Shown: positions 1 through 12,445 of the stretch, piece after piece
Layout: the number at the start of each line of letters is the position of its first letter
Numbering within the stretch: position 1 is the stretch's first letter
Assembly: GCA_951406725.2 (NCBI GenBank)
Contig: OX597828.1
Location: 68,014,001 to 68,078,000, forward strand
Source of the DNA: Octopus vulgaris
Lineage: Eukaryota
Reading direction: 5' to 3'
DNA length: 64,000 bases
Position numbers and translations under genes: made by a program
The notes under the pieces: generated by a model
Told to the model about the DNA's origin: nothing
Databases searched by the model: none
Seen by the model: the letters and a program-made list of their open reading frames with translations, nothing else

Positions 1-568
1 TTGACTTCAGTTATTTTGTATTGTTCTTCCAAAACTTGTAGTTTAACTGAGAACTACTGAATTTTACCTCTCAAAGTTGGTGAAAAACTTTCGTTTCTTT
101 CCTTTTATTTTTTTTTTTTTTTACATTATTATATTATAATAATAATTATTATTGATAGTCTTACAGCTGTTTTTACCAAGTGCAGCTGTATAGTGATATC
201 TTTTCAAGTAGAAATGTTTGTATGAAAGGTAGGTAGGAATGTATGTATGTCTGTGGCACCAAATTCTTTACAACATAAAACTGTAATCTGACTGATATTT
301 TTTAAAAGAATTTCCGAAGAATTTATTATTACTGATGATGATTATGATAGACTTAACAGTTGCATATACCAATACTCCAACAAAATACATTTATGTACTC
401 CCACATGAATCCACATGAGTTCCTTCTGTCAAAAAAAAAACAAAAACCTTGTTTAATCAACATGCACGATTTGAGAAGTGTGTGTGTTAAAACAAACAAG
501 GAAACTAATCAATATCTTAATGCCTCCCCCGTCACACATAACACACATTCACAGCAACTTTAAGTTAC

Positions 569-691
569 CACCAGGAACTTGCCCCATCCTTCTCTAAGCT
601 TTAAATTTATCATAATGTCCTTCACATTGTGGCAGACAAAGAAACTTTGTTCGCTAATCCTATGAGTCTCCAGTTGTAAATTGGAATATTC
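569..691 (-). other. Candidate exon, possibly carrying a start codon (MGQVPG, ATG at 587-585)
   Basis: Acceptor ttctttttctccag at 692-705 and donor GTG|GTAACT at 568. ATG lies in AGGATGG context with an in-frame TAG upstream. An alternative frame is open across the whole exon. No protein family recognised. Confidence 0.35.
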
Positions 692-785
692 CTGGAGAAA
701 AAGAACAGTTCGTTTACTTAACGGGGCTATAAATGAATCCAAAGACAGTTTTCAGTGACATTACAATAATCATATACTGCCGTAC

Positions 786-797
786 CCTCTCCCTTGA
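786..797 (-). other. Candidate 12-nt microexon (TCAAGGGAGAGG)
   Basis: Acceptor ttgtctcattttacag and donor GG|GTACGG, followed by a 94-nt intron to the 569-691 candidate exon. Confidence 0.25.
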
Positions 798-2224
798 CTG
801 TAAAATGAGACAAAGCTGAAGTTTTACATTTCAACTATACCATGATTTATTAAATGTAATACACACACACACACACAGATTGTTAGTATTGGTCGCAATT
901 CTAACATGTAGCAGTGGTGTTTAGAGCTTTGTAAAATCATGAGCTCCAGTTGCAACTTTGATTGCAATTGTCACAACCTCTGCTCTCTTTTGAAGTTTGT
1001 CACTTTGTCAGACAAAATATTGACAATGAACTTGACTTAACATGTATATAGGGTCAAAATTGAAGACAGTGTAAAATCTGGTCTAGATTCTCCAATTCCT
1101 TACTTGCAGTATAGGGCTTATCAGACTCTGGGAGCTGACTACCTGTTCAGGTTTAAGAGTTCGTTTTCCTTGCCATTCAGTTTTTTATTTATATAAATAT
1201 ATATATATATATATTCGTTTTCTACTTCTTCCAATTAAAACCCCCAACAAATTGCTTGGTGATGCCATTTCATTGGGAACTGGTTTTTAGGGCAATATTA
1301 CGCATCAAACACATCTGCCATTCTTTGTCCATTAAAAAATATATTCTCCCTCTCTTAATCTTCCTGACTTTCTCATTCTGGTGGCATTATTGAGCTGAAG
1401 CCTCCTACCCCATCCCAATATATATGTTGGTTGTGATTTCTTGATTTTCTGACGATAATTAAATTAATTTATCAAAATAAAAAATAAAATATATATATAT
1501 ATATAAATCTTTAAAACCAAAATAAAGGGTTACTTTTAAGTTCTTGCAACAAATGCTAAAATAACAATGGCAACTTTGATAACTTAGATTTTCCTGATAA
1601 AGCCTTTGTTTAAGAGAAATTGATCTTCTCTTTAAATTGGAACCACCTCAGTTGACAATAATAATTAGTAAAGACATTAGTAAATACTTCCAATTTTTAG
1701 CAAGTTGTACTTGATGGGGGGTGACAGGGTAGATTGACTAATTGGGAAATTACAATTTTCTGGCTCCTCTTTTCCAGCTCTCAGTTCAGGTTTCTCATAA
1801 AAATGTACACCTTTAGCACCTCTCCTCTCTCTCTCCTCTGTCTCTTAATTATTGCCATTATTGCTTGACTCTCTCTGAACAAGTGCCACTTCACTTTGTT
1901 TTAACAAGGTGAAGCAGACAAGACAGATTGATATAGTGAGTGTGTGTGAAGAGAAGAAAGGAACGGGACAAAAAATATAATTAAAAAAAAAAAACACAAA
2001 AAAACATTGACAAAAATGGGTGATGAAAATCTAAAAAGGAATTTTAAAAGTAAAAAAAAAATATATAAAAAACTTAAAATACCTTGTACAATTTTTATAT
2101 TTTTAAATTTGTGATCTCAGAATGAACAAACAATAAAGAAAAAAAAAACTATTCGTGATTTTGTTATTTCTTTTTCATCTTCTTGCATGTTCCCTTTTTA
2201 GCACGGGACCGGTTCCTTTGTTAA

Positions 2225-2434
2225 CCCTTTCATTACCAAACCAGCTCTGGCTCTGAGTACAAATGTCTTGTTTTCATGAGTTTTGAATTAAAATCTTGCT
2301 CCAAACCTTAGTCACAATTTATGTTCCTAACACTAGCTTAATGATAACTAAGTTATTTTACTAAACTCTTTGTTATGTTTAAAGTAATTGAGAGAAACAC
2401 AGAGCATCTCAAAAGAAATACAGTAACGAAAGGG
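2225..2434. mobile_element. piggyBac-type MITE
   Basis: TTAA|CCCTTTC...GAAAGGG|TTAA ends. Homologous copies at 37550-37770 and 62799-63017. Confidence 0.85.
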
Positions 2435-2839
2435 TTAAGCATCCCTTTCTTTTTAGCATTTAATCCAGCCTCTTACACCTACCCTAAAATGTCATTCTAA
2501 AAATAAACATACACATTATTGATTTCAAATTTTGGCACAAAGCCAGCAATTTCGGAGGTTGGGGGCTAAGAGGATTACATCAACATCTGAGAGGATGAAA
2601 GGCAAAGTTCACCTTAGCAGAATTTGAACTCAGAACAAGGGTGGACGAAATACCTATTTCTTTACTACCCACAAGAGGCTAAACAGAGGGGACAGACAAA
2701 CGGATTAAGTCGATTATATCGACCCCCAGTGAATAGATGGTACTTATCTAATCGACCCCGAAAGGATGAAAGGCAAAGTCGACCTTGGCAGAATTTGAAC
2801 TCAGAACGTAGCAGCAGATGATGATTATATATATATATA

Positions 2840-4020
2840 TAAGCTCATCAAGTATGAAATTTGTAGAAAAGAAAAATTTCCTAATGTTCTATAAATACAA
2901 GGGATAGTTTTATTCATCAAAGTATGCACCCATTTTGTCAATATACTTTTACCATTTCAGCAGTAGTTAGTCCAGCCTGGAACTATAGAAGCTTGGCAAT
3001 CTAGAGTCAATAAAATCTTGGAAGGCCTGTTTTACAGTATCGTTGGAATTAAATTTTTTTCCTACCAAAAAGTTATCCAAATTCTGGAAGAAATGGTAAC
3101 CAGTAGGGGAAAGATCAGGTGAGTATGGTGGAAGATGGAGAACTTCCAAATCCAACTCCTGTAGTTTCACCAATGACATTTTTGTCTTGTGTGGTCTGGC
3201 GTTGTCTTGCAATAAAATAGGATTGGATCTGTTGAGTAATTTAGGCTGGGGTTTTTTTTTTTTTTTGTAAGTTTTTGCATCATTTGATCCAGTTGGCTGC
3301 AGTGTTCTTCAGCCGTGATTGAAGAGCCAGGTTTAATGAAGTCATAATGGATCACCTGTGCCAGACCACCAAACACACCAGCTTCTTTTGATGAATTTTG
3401 GTTTTTGAACTGTGTTTTGGTGGCTCGTCTTTGTCCAACCACTGTGCTGAATGTTTACAGTTGGTGTATTGGATCCATTTCACATCACATTCGATTAAAA
3501 AAGGATTCATTTTCGTGATGGAAAAGCAGCATAATGCAGGCTTCCAAACATTACTGTTTCTGATTTTCCTTTAGTTCATGTGGAACCCACTTATCCAACT
3601 TTTTCACGTTACTGATTTGAAGTAGGTGAGTCAATATTGTTTGTTTGCTGATACCAAACAACGATAATTCACAGGCACTTTGAGACTCGACGGAGGGTTT
3701 CAGTTCGTCATATCCATCTTTGTTTCTGGTCGACTGTGTTACTCATTTGTGAGGTCAAAGTTACCAGAGTGAAATTTTGCAAACCAATTTGATACTGTCT
3801 GCTGTATAATAACATTAGAATGAAATACGCCATTAATATTCTGAGCTGTACTTCCAAGAAAGAACTCATATTTCAAAACTGTACGAATTTCTGACTTATC
3901 CATCTCTAAACAAAATTAGCAAAAAACGATTTATAAATACTTTATAAAGTGCAAAATGAGTTAGAATAAAGAAATTTATGCTTTCTAACAAAAAATATTG
4001 TTAAAAAATAATAATAGCAC
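2840..4020 (-). mobile_element. Decayed mariner transposon (Hsmar1/cecropia-like transposase pseudogene)
   Basis: Translated fragments QDNARPH...LHLPPYSPDLSPTGYHFFQNLDNFL and IHYDFIKPGSSITAEE, with frameshifts and stops. Boundaries approximate. Confidence 0.85.
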
Positions 4021-4675
4021 AAAATTATATATATATATATATCTTGTCTTAACTTCTTTCAGTCTCTGGGTTGCAGCCATGCTGAGGCACCGCATTGAAG
4101 GGCTTAAGTTGAATATATCAACCAGAGTACTTATTTTTTAAAAGCCTGATATTCATTTTATTGGTCTCTTTTTGCCAAATTGTTAAGTTATGGGACATAA
4201 ACTATCACTATTTGTCAAGTGGTGGGGGACATGTTATGACTCGTACATATAGATATGTACATGTATATGTATGACAGCTTCCTTCATTTTCTATCTACCA
4301 AATCCACTCACAAGGCTTTGGTTGGAACGGGGCTATAGTGGAAAACACTTGCCAAAGGTGCCACACTGTGGAACTAAACCTGGGACTCCAAAGGACAACG
4401 AAACCTATAGAAAATAAGTCAGTGCTCCTGTATGGTCACAGTCCTATGACTGGAACAAAAGAATTAGCTTCATAGCCATGCCCATTGTCTATTTGGCTGA
4501 GCCTGTGGCATTAAGCTTTTATTTGCAACAAGGTTCAATCCCACTGTACGGCACACTTCTCCTTTGGTTTGACTTTAAAGTTGTCCTGTTTTTTTATTTT
4601 TTTTGTAGGAGATGGGTTTCCTTTTGTTTGACTCAGTGAGGCTGATTACATCCTATTATGATGAATATACATTGA

Positions 4676-5207
4676 TGGTCTCACCAAGGCAATGACTAGT
4701 GACCGAGACCTTTGGAAGAATGCTGTGCATGGGAAGACCCTGCAGGACAAGTGAGACCATAACCCGTCGCCTCTACCTGGGATGTAGCCAGTCCACTTAT
4801 GCATACCTTTCCTTCTTGGGACACAAAACTCTGCTTGCGAAGACCTGTTGAGGCAAGTGAAATCGATCAAAAATCAATGGAAATTGTAGTTGTGATACCA
4901 GTGCCGGTGGCACGTAAAAGAACCATCTAAACGTGGCCATTGCCAGCGCTGCCTTGACTGGCCTCTGTGCCGGTGGCACATAAAAAGCACCAACCGATCA
5001 TGGCCGTTGCCAGCCTCGCCTGGCACGTAAAAAGCATCCACTACACTCACAGAGTGGTCAGCGTTAGGAAGGGCATCCAGCTGTAGAAACACTGCCAGAT
5101 CAGACTGGGCCTGGTGCAGCCTCCTGGCTTCCTAGACCCCGGTCGAACCATCCAACCCATGCTAGCATGGAAAGCAGACGTTAAACGATAAGGATGATGA
5201 TGATGTA
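4676..5207 (+). mobile_element. RTE-clade LINE 3' end (ORF end plus 3' UTR with tandem units and (GAT)n tail)
   Basis: GLTKAMTSDRDLWKNAV... then a stop, followed by the very abundant ...ccatgctagcatggaaagcagacgttaaacgat(gat)n UTR. Other copies at about 9786-10046(-), 20114-20600(-), 22775-23015, 26740-27075, 27247-27392(-), 44578-45020, 47440-47795, 48098-48442(-), 50208-50355, 50905-51460(-), 53380-53757, 60688-60935, 62575-62667 and 63885-64000. Confidence 0.8.
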
Positions 5208-6135
5208 TATGTAATAAAAAAAATAGAAGGCACATCTATTCTCAATGACACTGAAGTAATGAGTGCACCAGCCTGTTAGTTCAACCACCCACTCTAAAAT
5301 TATGAAACAGCTGTGTAACAAAAAGGAAGGCAGGGAGAAATAGCGTTCATTTTGTTCAACAAACAACTGTTACAAGGTCACTCAACTTGCTAAAAATAGA
5401 AGTCAGAACTCACAAATCAGTCTGCTACCTTAAATAATACAGCTTTGGATAGGCAACAGCTTTCATTAGAGTTGTCTTCAACTCAAACTGATGTGGGACA
5501 ACACAACATCCACTTTCACTTGAAGCCATCCAAAAAATGCCTCTACACAGGTGTACAACCTGTTAGAAGTAGCAGCCAAATTTCACTGAAAGCACAATGG
5601 ACTCCTTTATATATAACTACTACATGTATATATACCTCTAATCATTGCATGTATATACATGTAACTCATGCATAAATCATATGTAAAAACGACCCCCTTT
5701 GGTCACAAATATCTAGAAAGTTCTCCGAGGCACAAGTTGAAACAAGGTTGTTTGTGGAAAACCAGTAGTTGCCCATGCATACCAGTTTCCCCTTTCCACA
5801 CCACTGGTGTTATCCAAGAGAAAGGCAAAGGTCAATACAGCTTAGCACCAGTGACATCACAACTCATTTCTACAGCTGAGTGAAGCAGAGCAACATAAAA
5901 TAAAGTGTCTTGCTTAAGAACATAACACACAGCCCAGTCTGGGAATCTAAATCACAGACTTATGATGGTAAGTCTAACACTCTAACGACTGAGCTACCTT
6001 CACTATAAATCATATGTATTTAGCACTAATTACTAAAATATCTAATGTGTAGTTTGAAGTGGGGCTTACATTTCACATTGGGACCTATTTCCATTTTTTT
6101 AGAGGTTTGACTACTAACCAGCCAGAGAATTTATG

Positions 6136-6205
6136 TTTTAATTTTATTTTTTATTTCATCTAGTTTCAGCTCATGAGCTGTGGCCATGCTGGGGCATTGC
6201 CATTT
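6136..6205 (-). mobile_element. CR1-type LINE 3' terminal stem-loop and A-rich tail fused to U6
   Basis: AAATGGCAATGCCCCAGCATGGCCACAGCTCATGAGCTGAAACTAGA matches the LINE end at 12777-12822 at about 40 of 47 positions (manual alignment). Confidence 0.9.
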
Positions 6206-6313
6206 AAAAAAATATGAACCGCTTCAAGAATTTGCATGTCATCCTTGCGCAGGGCCATGCTAATCTTCTCTGAATCGTTCCAATTTTAGAATATGTGCCG
6301 CTGTAACTAGTAC
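6206..6313 (-). pseudogene. U6: Full-length U6 snRNA retrocopy
   Basis: Minus strand reads GTACTAGTTACAGCGGCACATATTCTAAAATTGGAACGATTCAGAGAAGATTAGCATGGCCCTGCGCAAGGATGACATGCAAATTCTTGAAGCGGTTCATATTTTTTT, colinear with metazoan U6. The ACAGAGA box is mutated to TCAGAGA and there is a 1-nt deletion in the ISL region. Confidence 0.95.
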
Positions 6314-6867
6314 AATTTCTTCACTTACAAGAAATAGCAGTCAATTTCTTCCTCATTGAATCATACCAAGGACACATTAAATAATGTGATGTTACTAGAT
6401 TCACAAGATCCAGAAACAGGGCCCTAAGCACTTAAAAGATTTTGGTGCCCTCATAAAAGATTATTTAATTAAAAAAAAAATAACAACAAACCATGAAAAA
6501 ATTTTTTATTTTTCAAAACAAAACAAAACAGTAAGAGGGAAAATAATGTTTATTTTTGTATAATTCCACCTTAATTATATTTGCAAAGTTTTCTCCTACT
6601 TTTTGGAATTGCAAAGTCTTGGATCAGATCCTCAAAATTAATCTTAGGTAACACATCTGCATCTATATACCTAATAAGGATAAAAGCATCCTGAATATTA
6701 TTTTAGCAAGTTTAAAGTGATTTCTTTTGTGCCGTCAACCATTTACCATTTCTGTGGTTCCCCCCTCCTTCCCTTGATGCCCTAAGTACATGCTTATTTT
6801 GCTCAATGGTTAATCCAATGCTGTCCAGAAAATAAACAGGCTGGTTATTGGTTGGAACCCTTTAGAT

Positions 6868-7169
6868 CAATGTTTCTCAACCATTTTTCACTCATGGACC
6901 CCTTTCATTCCTATTTTACTTGGGTGGACAATTGTAATCCATTTTATGTTTAAAAAATCCTATTATATTTTTAGTCCAGTCCAAACAGTAAAGTCCAGTC
7001 TTCACTGTGAAGTCCACCCCACAACTCTGTAAAGTGGTTGGCATTAGGAAGAGCATCCAGCTCTAAAAATAACCATGTCAAAACATACACATAGGTCTGG
7101 TGCAGGCTCCTGCTTGGTCAGTTCCTATCAAACCATCCAGCCCATGCCAGCATGGAAGGTGGATGTAAA

Positions 7170-7217
<48 letters not shown>

Positions 7218-7442
7218 GTGGTGATGGTGATGATGATGATGGTGGTGGTGGTAGTGGTGATGATGATGATGATGACAGTGGCGATGATGATGATGAATTA
7301 AATATTATTATGAATTGTGATGCTACTGATTGTGTGTAGTGTTGAAGTGCAACAAATTTATTGGAGATACACTTGAACAACAAAATCTTATGTGGGGCCT
7401 CCCCCACACAAGAGCATTATGGACCCTGGTTGGGAACCACTA
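6868..7442. mobile_element. hAT (Charlie/MER5-like) MITE with nested RTE 3' end
   Basis: Ends CAATGTTTCTCAACC and GGTTGGGAACCACTA, with an imperfect 8-bp TSD ctttagat/cttcagaa. Related to 57980-58750. Confidence 0.65.
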
Positions 7443-7894
7443 CTTCAGAACATAGGTCTACTCAGTTATGATTGCCCTTGGGCTAAACCATAACAAAATG
7501 CTCCTCTAAGTCTCTCCCCCAACCCATTGTTCATCTTCAGGTTTTAACCTAATTTTTCTTGTTACAGAAATTCTCCATTTTGGTGTAATTTGATCTGAGT
7601 CTGTTGGATGTCAGCTGCTGGCTGGTTGTTGTAACTTGGGGTTAGGGTTAGGATTGGCTGATAAAGGGTTGGGGAGAGTTAGGGATGGTTGGGAAATGGT
7701 AGATCTCATGGCATTTTGGATGATGGGGGACACAAAATAAAACTACTTCTGGGATGAGGTTGAGAAACTTCTCTCTTTCTCAACGTTTTATACTTCACCC
7801 TAGCACCAAACTACCCGAGAATTTTATATATATATGTACACACACACACATACATATATGCGTGCGTAAATAGATATAATAAATAAATATGCAC

Positions 7895-7934
<40 letters not shown>

Positions 7935-7992
7935 GATGTACTTGCATAGCAAGTGACTTGATCTGAGATCGTGTGCTGGAATTAAAACAATG

Positions 7993-8155
7993 TATATATA
8001 TACAATTGCAGTGTGGAAGGTGTTTATAAGCCATTTAAGAAACACACAAAAACCGTTAGATTCACTTCAACATTTAAATTTAAATTTAGTGTTAAAGTGA
8101 ATCTAACAGTTTTTGTGTGTTTCTTAAATGGCTTATAAACACCTTCCACACTGCA

Positions 8156-8168
<13 letters not shown>
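7993..8168. repeat. Near-perfect long inverted repeat (arms about 80 bp) in (TA)n
   Basis: tacaattgcagtgtggaaggtgtttataagccatttaagaaacacacaaaaaccgttagattcactt...aagtgaatctaacagtttttgtgtgtttcttaaatggcttataaacaccttccacactgcaattgta. Confidence 0.9.
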
Positions 8169-8191
<23 letters not shown>

Positions 8192-9139
8192 GTATGTATA
8201 TACATGTGCATACATGGGTACAGGAGGTCACCAAAAGTAGACAACATGAAATATAAAAGCAAATGAGTTCAATACACAAGCAACAAGAGAAATGAATGGC
8301 AAACAGGGTGAGTAACATAAACAATGACCCTTCATCAGTTGTCAGTTGTCTATCTACTCCTCACTTCGAGCACTGAACGACAATATGAGTCTTTGAAGAC
8401 AGTTGCTCCCATAAATACCAAAGTAAAATTTGGAATTTATGGAGGGTCAAAGTTGGGAACAAAAACAGAACAATGGAGAAATATACAAGGAAACTGAACG
8501 AAAACAAACATGGAGGGTCGTTAGACCAGAACAAGAGTAAAATAGCGAATGCTGGAGAAATATTTTCTTTGACAAGAGAAAAGATAGAAGAGAGATATAT
8601 AGAATACATCCAGTCCTTAGGACAGCCCTGAAAGAAAAGAAAGTTGATCACATGAGAAAAAGAAAGATGGACGATGGTCACGCATGAGCAATGAGAGAGA
8701 GTAAATGAGAAAGAGGGGATGAGAGAGAGACAGATAGAAAAGTGTGAAGGGGAGGAATAAAGGGAATTAGAGAATGGATGAGAGAGAAAATGATAGAGGA
8801 ACATATTCTTTTATTCTATTATTCTTTTAGTTGTTTCAGTCATTTGACAGTGACCATACTGGAGCACTACTTTGGTGGGTTTTAGTCAGACAAATCAATC
8901 CCAGTGGTCAAGCAATGATGGAGGTCAAACACAGACACAAAGACACACACACACATAGATACATATATATACCTTCCTGCTTCCATATTTCCTGAGCGCC
9001 TATTAATAATAATACTGTAATTGTTCCACTGTTGTTGTTTTTTTGTTTTCCCGTTTGGATTAAAATTATATATATATATATATATGACGAGCTTCTTTCA
9101 GTTTCTGTCTACCAAATCCACTCACAAGGCTTTGGTTGG

Positions 9140-9670
9140 AGAGGGCATATGATACTTTCTTTAAACGGTTTGGGAAGTTTTCCATATGCAAGGGAACTCT
9201 GAAAAAGCATCTGCAGAAGTTTTGTGAGAGATTTCTTGCAAGGTTTTTATGAGAACAACCAGAAATCAATCTGGGCCTGTTATTGTGTTTGAATCCATCT
9301 CATCAACGGCTGATATATTCATCTCCTCAATGGTCGAGTATGTGTCGATGTAATCGATGGTTGCCTCTTTCCCTTGTAGATCTGCAGCGCTGAAAAACTC
9401 TTTAGGCTCAGCTACTTACCAGTTTCCCTGTGAAGAGGTGAAGACACTCTGGAACTGTTTATTTAGTACTTCAGTTATTCTCTTGGAGTTTGCAATTAGG
9501 AAGCCATCTTCAAACAGTAGCCCTATCTTGGTGGCACTGAGGCAGAGACTTTTTTGCAATCTTGTAGAAAGCTTTGAGATACATTTTTATATCTTCCACT
9601 GCCCCCTGGTTTATCTTTCTACACTTTCCTTTTCATGAGAGAGTTTGAGGTTTATGTTCAATTTCTAGAT
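9140..9670 (-). mobile_element. Decayed CR1-type LINE ORF2 fragment (upstream of RT)
   Basis: Minus strand reads KIGLLFEDGFLIANSKRITEVLNKQFQSVFT ... TGPD, typical of the CR1 EN-RT linker, with stops. Confidence 0.7.
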
Positions 9671-9696
9671 CTCTGTATCACACACACACACACACA

Positions 9697-9756
<60 letters not shown>

Positions 9757-10504
9757 ATATACATATATATATATATATATATTTTTCATCATCATCATCA
9801 TTTAACGTCCGCTTTCCATGCTAGCATGGGTTAGACGATTTGACTGAGCTCTGGCGAACCAGACTCCAATCTTGATCTGGCAGAGTTTCTACAGCTGGAT
9901 GCCCTTCCTAACACCAACCACTATGAGAGTGTAGTGGGTTAGGGCCAGTTTGGTGGTACTGGCAACAGCCACGCCCAACTGGTGCTTTTTACATGGCACC
10001 TGCACAGGAGCCAGTCCAGCGGCACTGGCGACGACCTCGCTCGAATATTTTTATATTATATATTATTATATTATATATACAGATTGATATAGATATATAT
10101 ACATATATGTATGTATATGTACATGTGTATGTATATATATATATTATGTATATATATACATGCATATATGTATTTTAAACTGCCGTAATGTTCGTCTTGA
10201 CCTCATGTCATTATCAAGTAGTCTATTTCAACTGAACCAATTTCAACGAATATAACACACTATACATACACGTGTACGCACACACATGCATCGTTGAAAT
10301 ATTTTTATACGTATACATGCATGATATATCTGCATGATATATCATCTACACCATTGACTTCTTATGACTGCCTCTCACATTACTAACAGCTCTGTTACTC
10401 ATTCCCACCTCTGTCTTACATCCCTTGCATCATAAATTCCTAGAACTTCTCTCTCTCCCTTTCCCTCTCTCTTTCTCATCCATACCTCTGTCACCCATAT
10501 ATTT

Positions 10505-10920
10505 CCATTTCTTTATTGCCCACAAGGGGCTAAACATAGAGGGGACAAACAACGACAGACAAAGGGATTAAATCGAATACATCGACCCCAGTGCATAACA
10601 GGTACTTAATTTATCAACCCCGAAAGGATGAAAGGCAAAGCCGACCTCCGCGGAATTTGAACTCAGAGCATAGCGGCAGACAAAATACCTATTTCTTTAC
10701 TACCCACAAGGGGATAAACACAGTGAGGACAAACAAGGACAGACACACGGATTAAGTTGTTTATGTCAACCCCAGTGCTTAACTGGTACTTATTTAATCG
10801 ACCCCGAAAGGATGCAAGGCAAAGTCGACCTCGGCGGAATTTGAACTCAGAACGTAGCGGCAGACGAAATACCGCTAAGCATTTCGCCTGGCGTGCTAAC
10901 GATTCTGCCAGCTCGCCGCC
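10505..10920 (-). mobile_element. tRNA-headed SINE with Nin/Deu-like domain, tandem copies
   Basis: Conserved gcctttcatcctttcggggtcgataaattaagtaccag core and ggcggcgagctggcagaa head. Further copies at about 2560-2820, 11557-11795, 31525-31742, 32860-33235 and 38360-38595 (all -), and 27899-28131, 36875-37285, 44288-44490, 52965-53168, 57095-57490, 59165-59900 and 60470-60680 (mostly +). Confidence 0.8.
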
Positions 10921-12151
10921 TTCATACCACTCACTGGTACAGCACCTACTTCTTGCCATTCGCCATGTCACCAACTTCATCATTCAACCTCACCTAACCC
11001 AGATCATAACCTATATACAGCGGGCAACATTGGACCACTTGTGCCAAATCCACTCTACCTTCCCCCTCTCTTTCTCCACTGCCTGTCATCCCAACTGCAC
11101 CCTCTGTGTGTCATCACACTCTTGTTCCAATTCTCTTACACATCCTGGGTCTCCGTTATCGCATAATTTCCTGGGTCACGTTGCCTTCTTGTCATCACTC
11201 TGTTATCTCTGTCGTTGTCTCGAATATACACAGCTCTCTCGGAATACTGAGTCCTCTTATCTCTCGCCCTCCTCTTTCACAGTCTTCTTATCACTATCAT
11301 TTATGCCTCTTTCTCTCACATTTCTCGAGCTATAAAGACACCACTAAGCAAGTAGAAATATAGAGTTGTGAGGAACCTTTAGCGGTGTCAAAGACTTCAC
11401 TGGACACACAAGAAGTGGGATTACAGATGGCCTACCAGAGAAGGCACATTGTATATGCTGCAGATGCAACAGAGCAATAAATACTAAGAGCGCTCAGAAA
11501 ATATATACTCTGAAATGTTCAGATGACTCCCAAGAATTTGTTGATAGAATTTGTTTTCTTATTTCTTTACTACCCACAAAGGGCTAAACACAGAGGGGAC
11601 AAATAAGGACAGACAAACGAATTAAGTCGATTACATCGACCCCAGTTGCTGCGAAACTGGTACTTAATTTATCGACCCCGAAAGGATGCAAGGCAAAGTC
11701 GACCTCGGCGGAATTGCAACTCAGAACGTAGCGGCAGACAAAATACAGCTAAGCATTTCGCCCGGCGTGCTAACGTTTCTGCCAGATCGCTGCCTCTAAA
11801 TTTGTTTACCTAGATGACTGAATTAGCAATAGAGGCAAGTATACCAAAAGTGTTGTAACCTGGAAACGGATGAGGATGTGTGACAAGAACATCTGTTGCA
11901 AAGAATCTGCTTCAACAAATTCTGACATGTGCAAAGTGAATGTTAAAACATTGATGATGATATTCACATGCACATATATTTATGCATATATCATCATCAT
12001 CATCATTATTGTCGTTTAACGTCCACTTTCCATGCTGGCATAGGTTAGACGGTTTGAGGAGGCCGCACCAGCCACCAGTCAAATCCGGCAAAGTTTCTAC
12101 ACCTTGATTCCCTTCCTAACGCCAAGGATGCCCTTCCTAACACATAAACAT

Positions 12152-12372
12152 GTCTCTGGATGCAGGCCTAGCTGTTGAGGGTGCTTCTCTCCCCTTTGTA
12201 AACATAAGGACACATGAAATGTATCAAGGCCGAAAGGAAGCGTCGATGCTTCCTAGGGCTAAATAGCGGTGGTGTGATTCCCTTTATGCGACTGTCACGT
12301 TAAGTTGACAGTACAACTGCTCTATCGTTCCACCACTGCTTATATCTCTCTGAGATATTTAGAAATTTAATA

Positions 12373-12380
<8 letters not shown>
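12152..12380 (+). ncRNA. Highly structured insert with hammerhead-like fold (non-canonical core)
   Basis: Stem II GGCCT/AGGCC, then GAAA, palindromic stem III GGAAGCG-TCGA-TGCTTCC and UA. The 5' core reads CTGGATGCA instead of CTGANGA. Several further hairpins follow downstream. Confidence 0.45.
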
Positions 12381-12433
<53 letters not shown>

Positions 12434-12445
12434 CATACATATATA

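Noticed and set aside
971-992. TCACAACCTC resembling the miR-67/307 5' end
   Set aside because: The match ends after about 10 nt and I see no convincing precursor hairpin.
6206-6313. Functional U6 snRNA gene
   Set aside because: The ACAGAGA box is mutated, there are an ISL deletion and 5' stem mismatches, a LINE tail is attached, and I recognise no promoter upstream.
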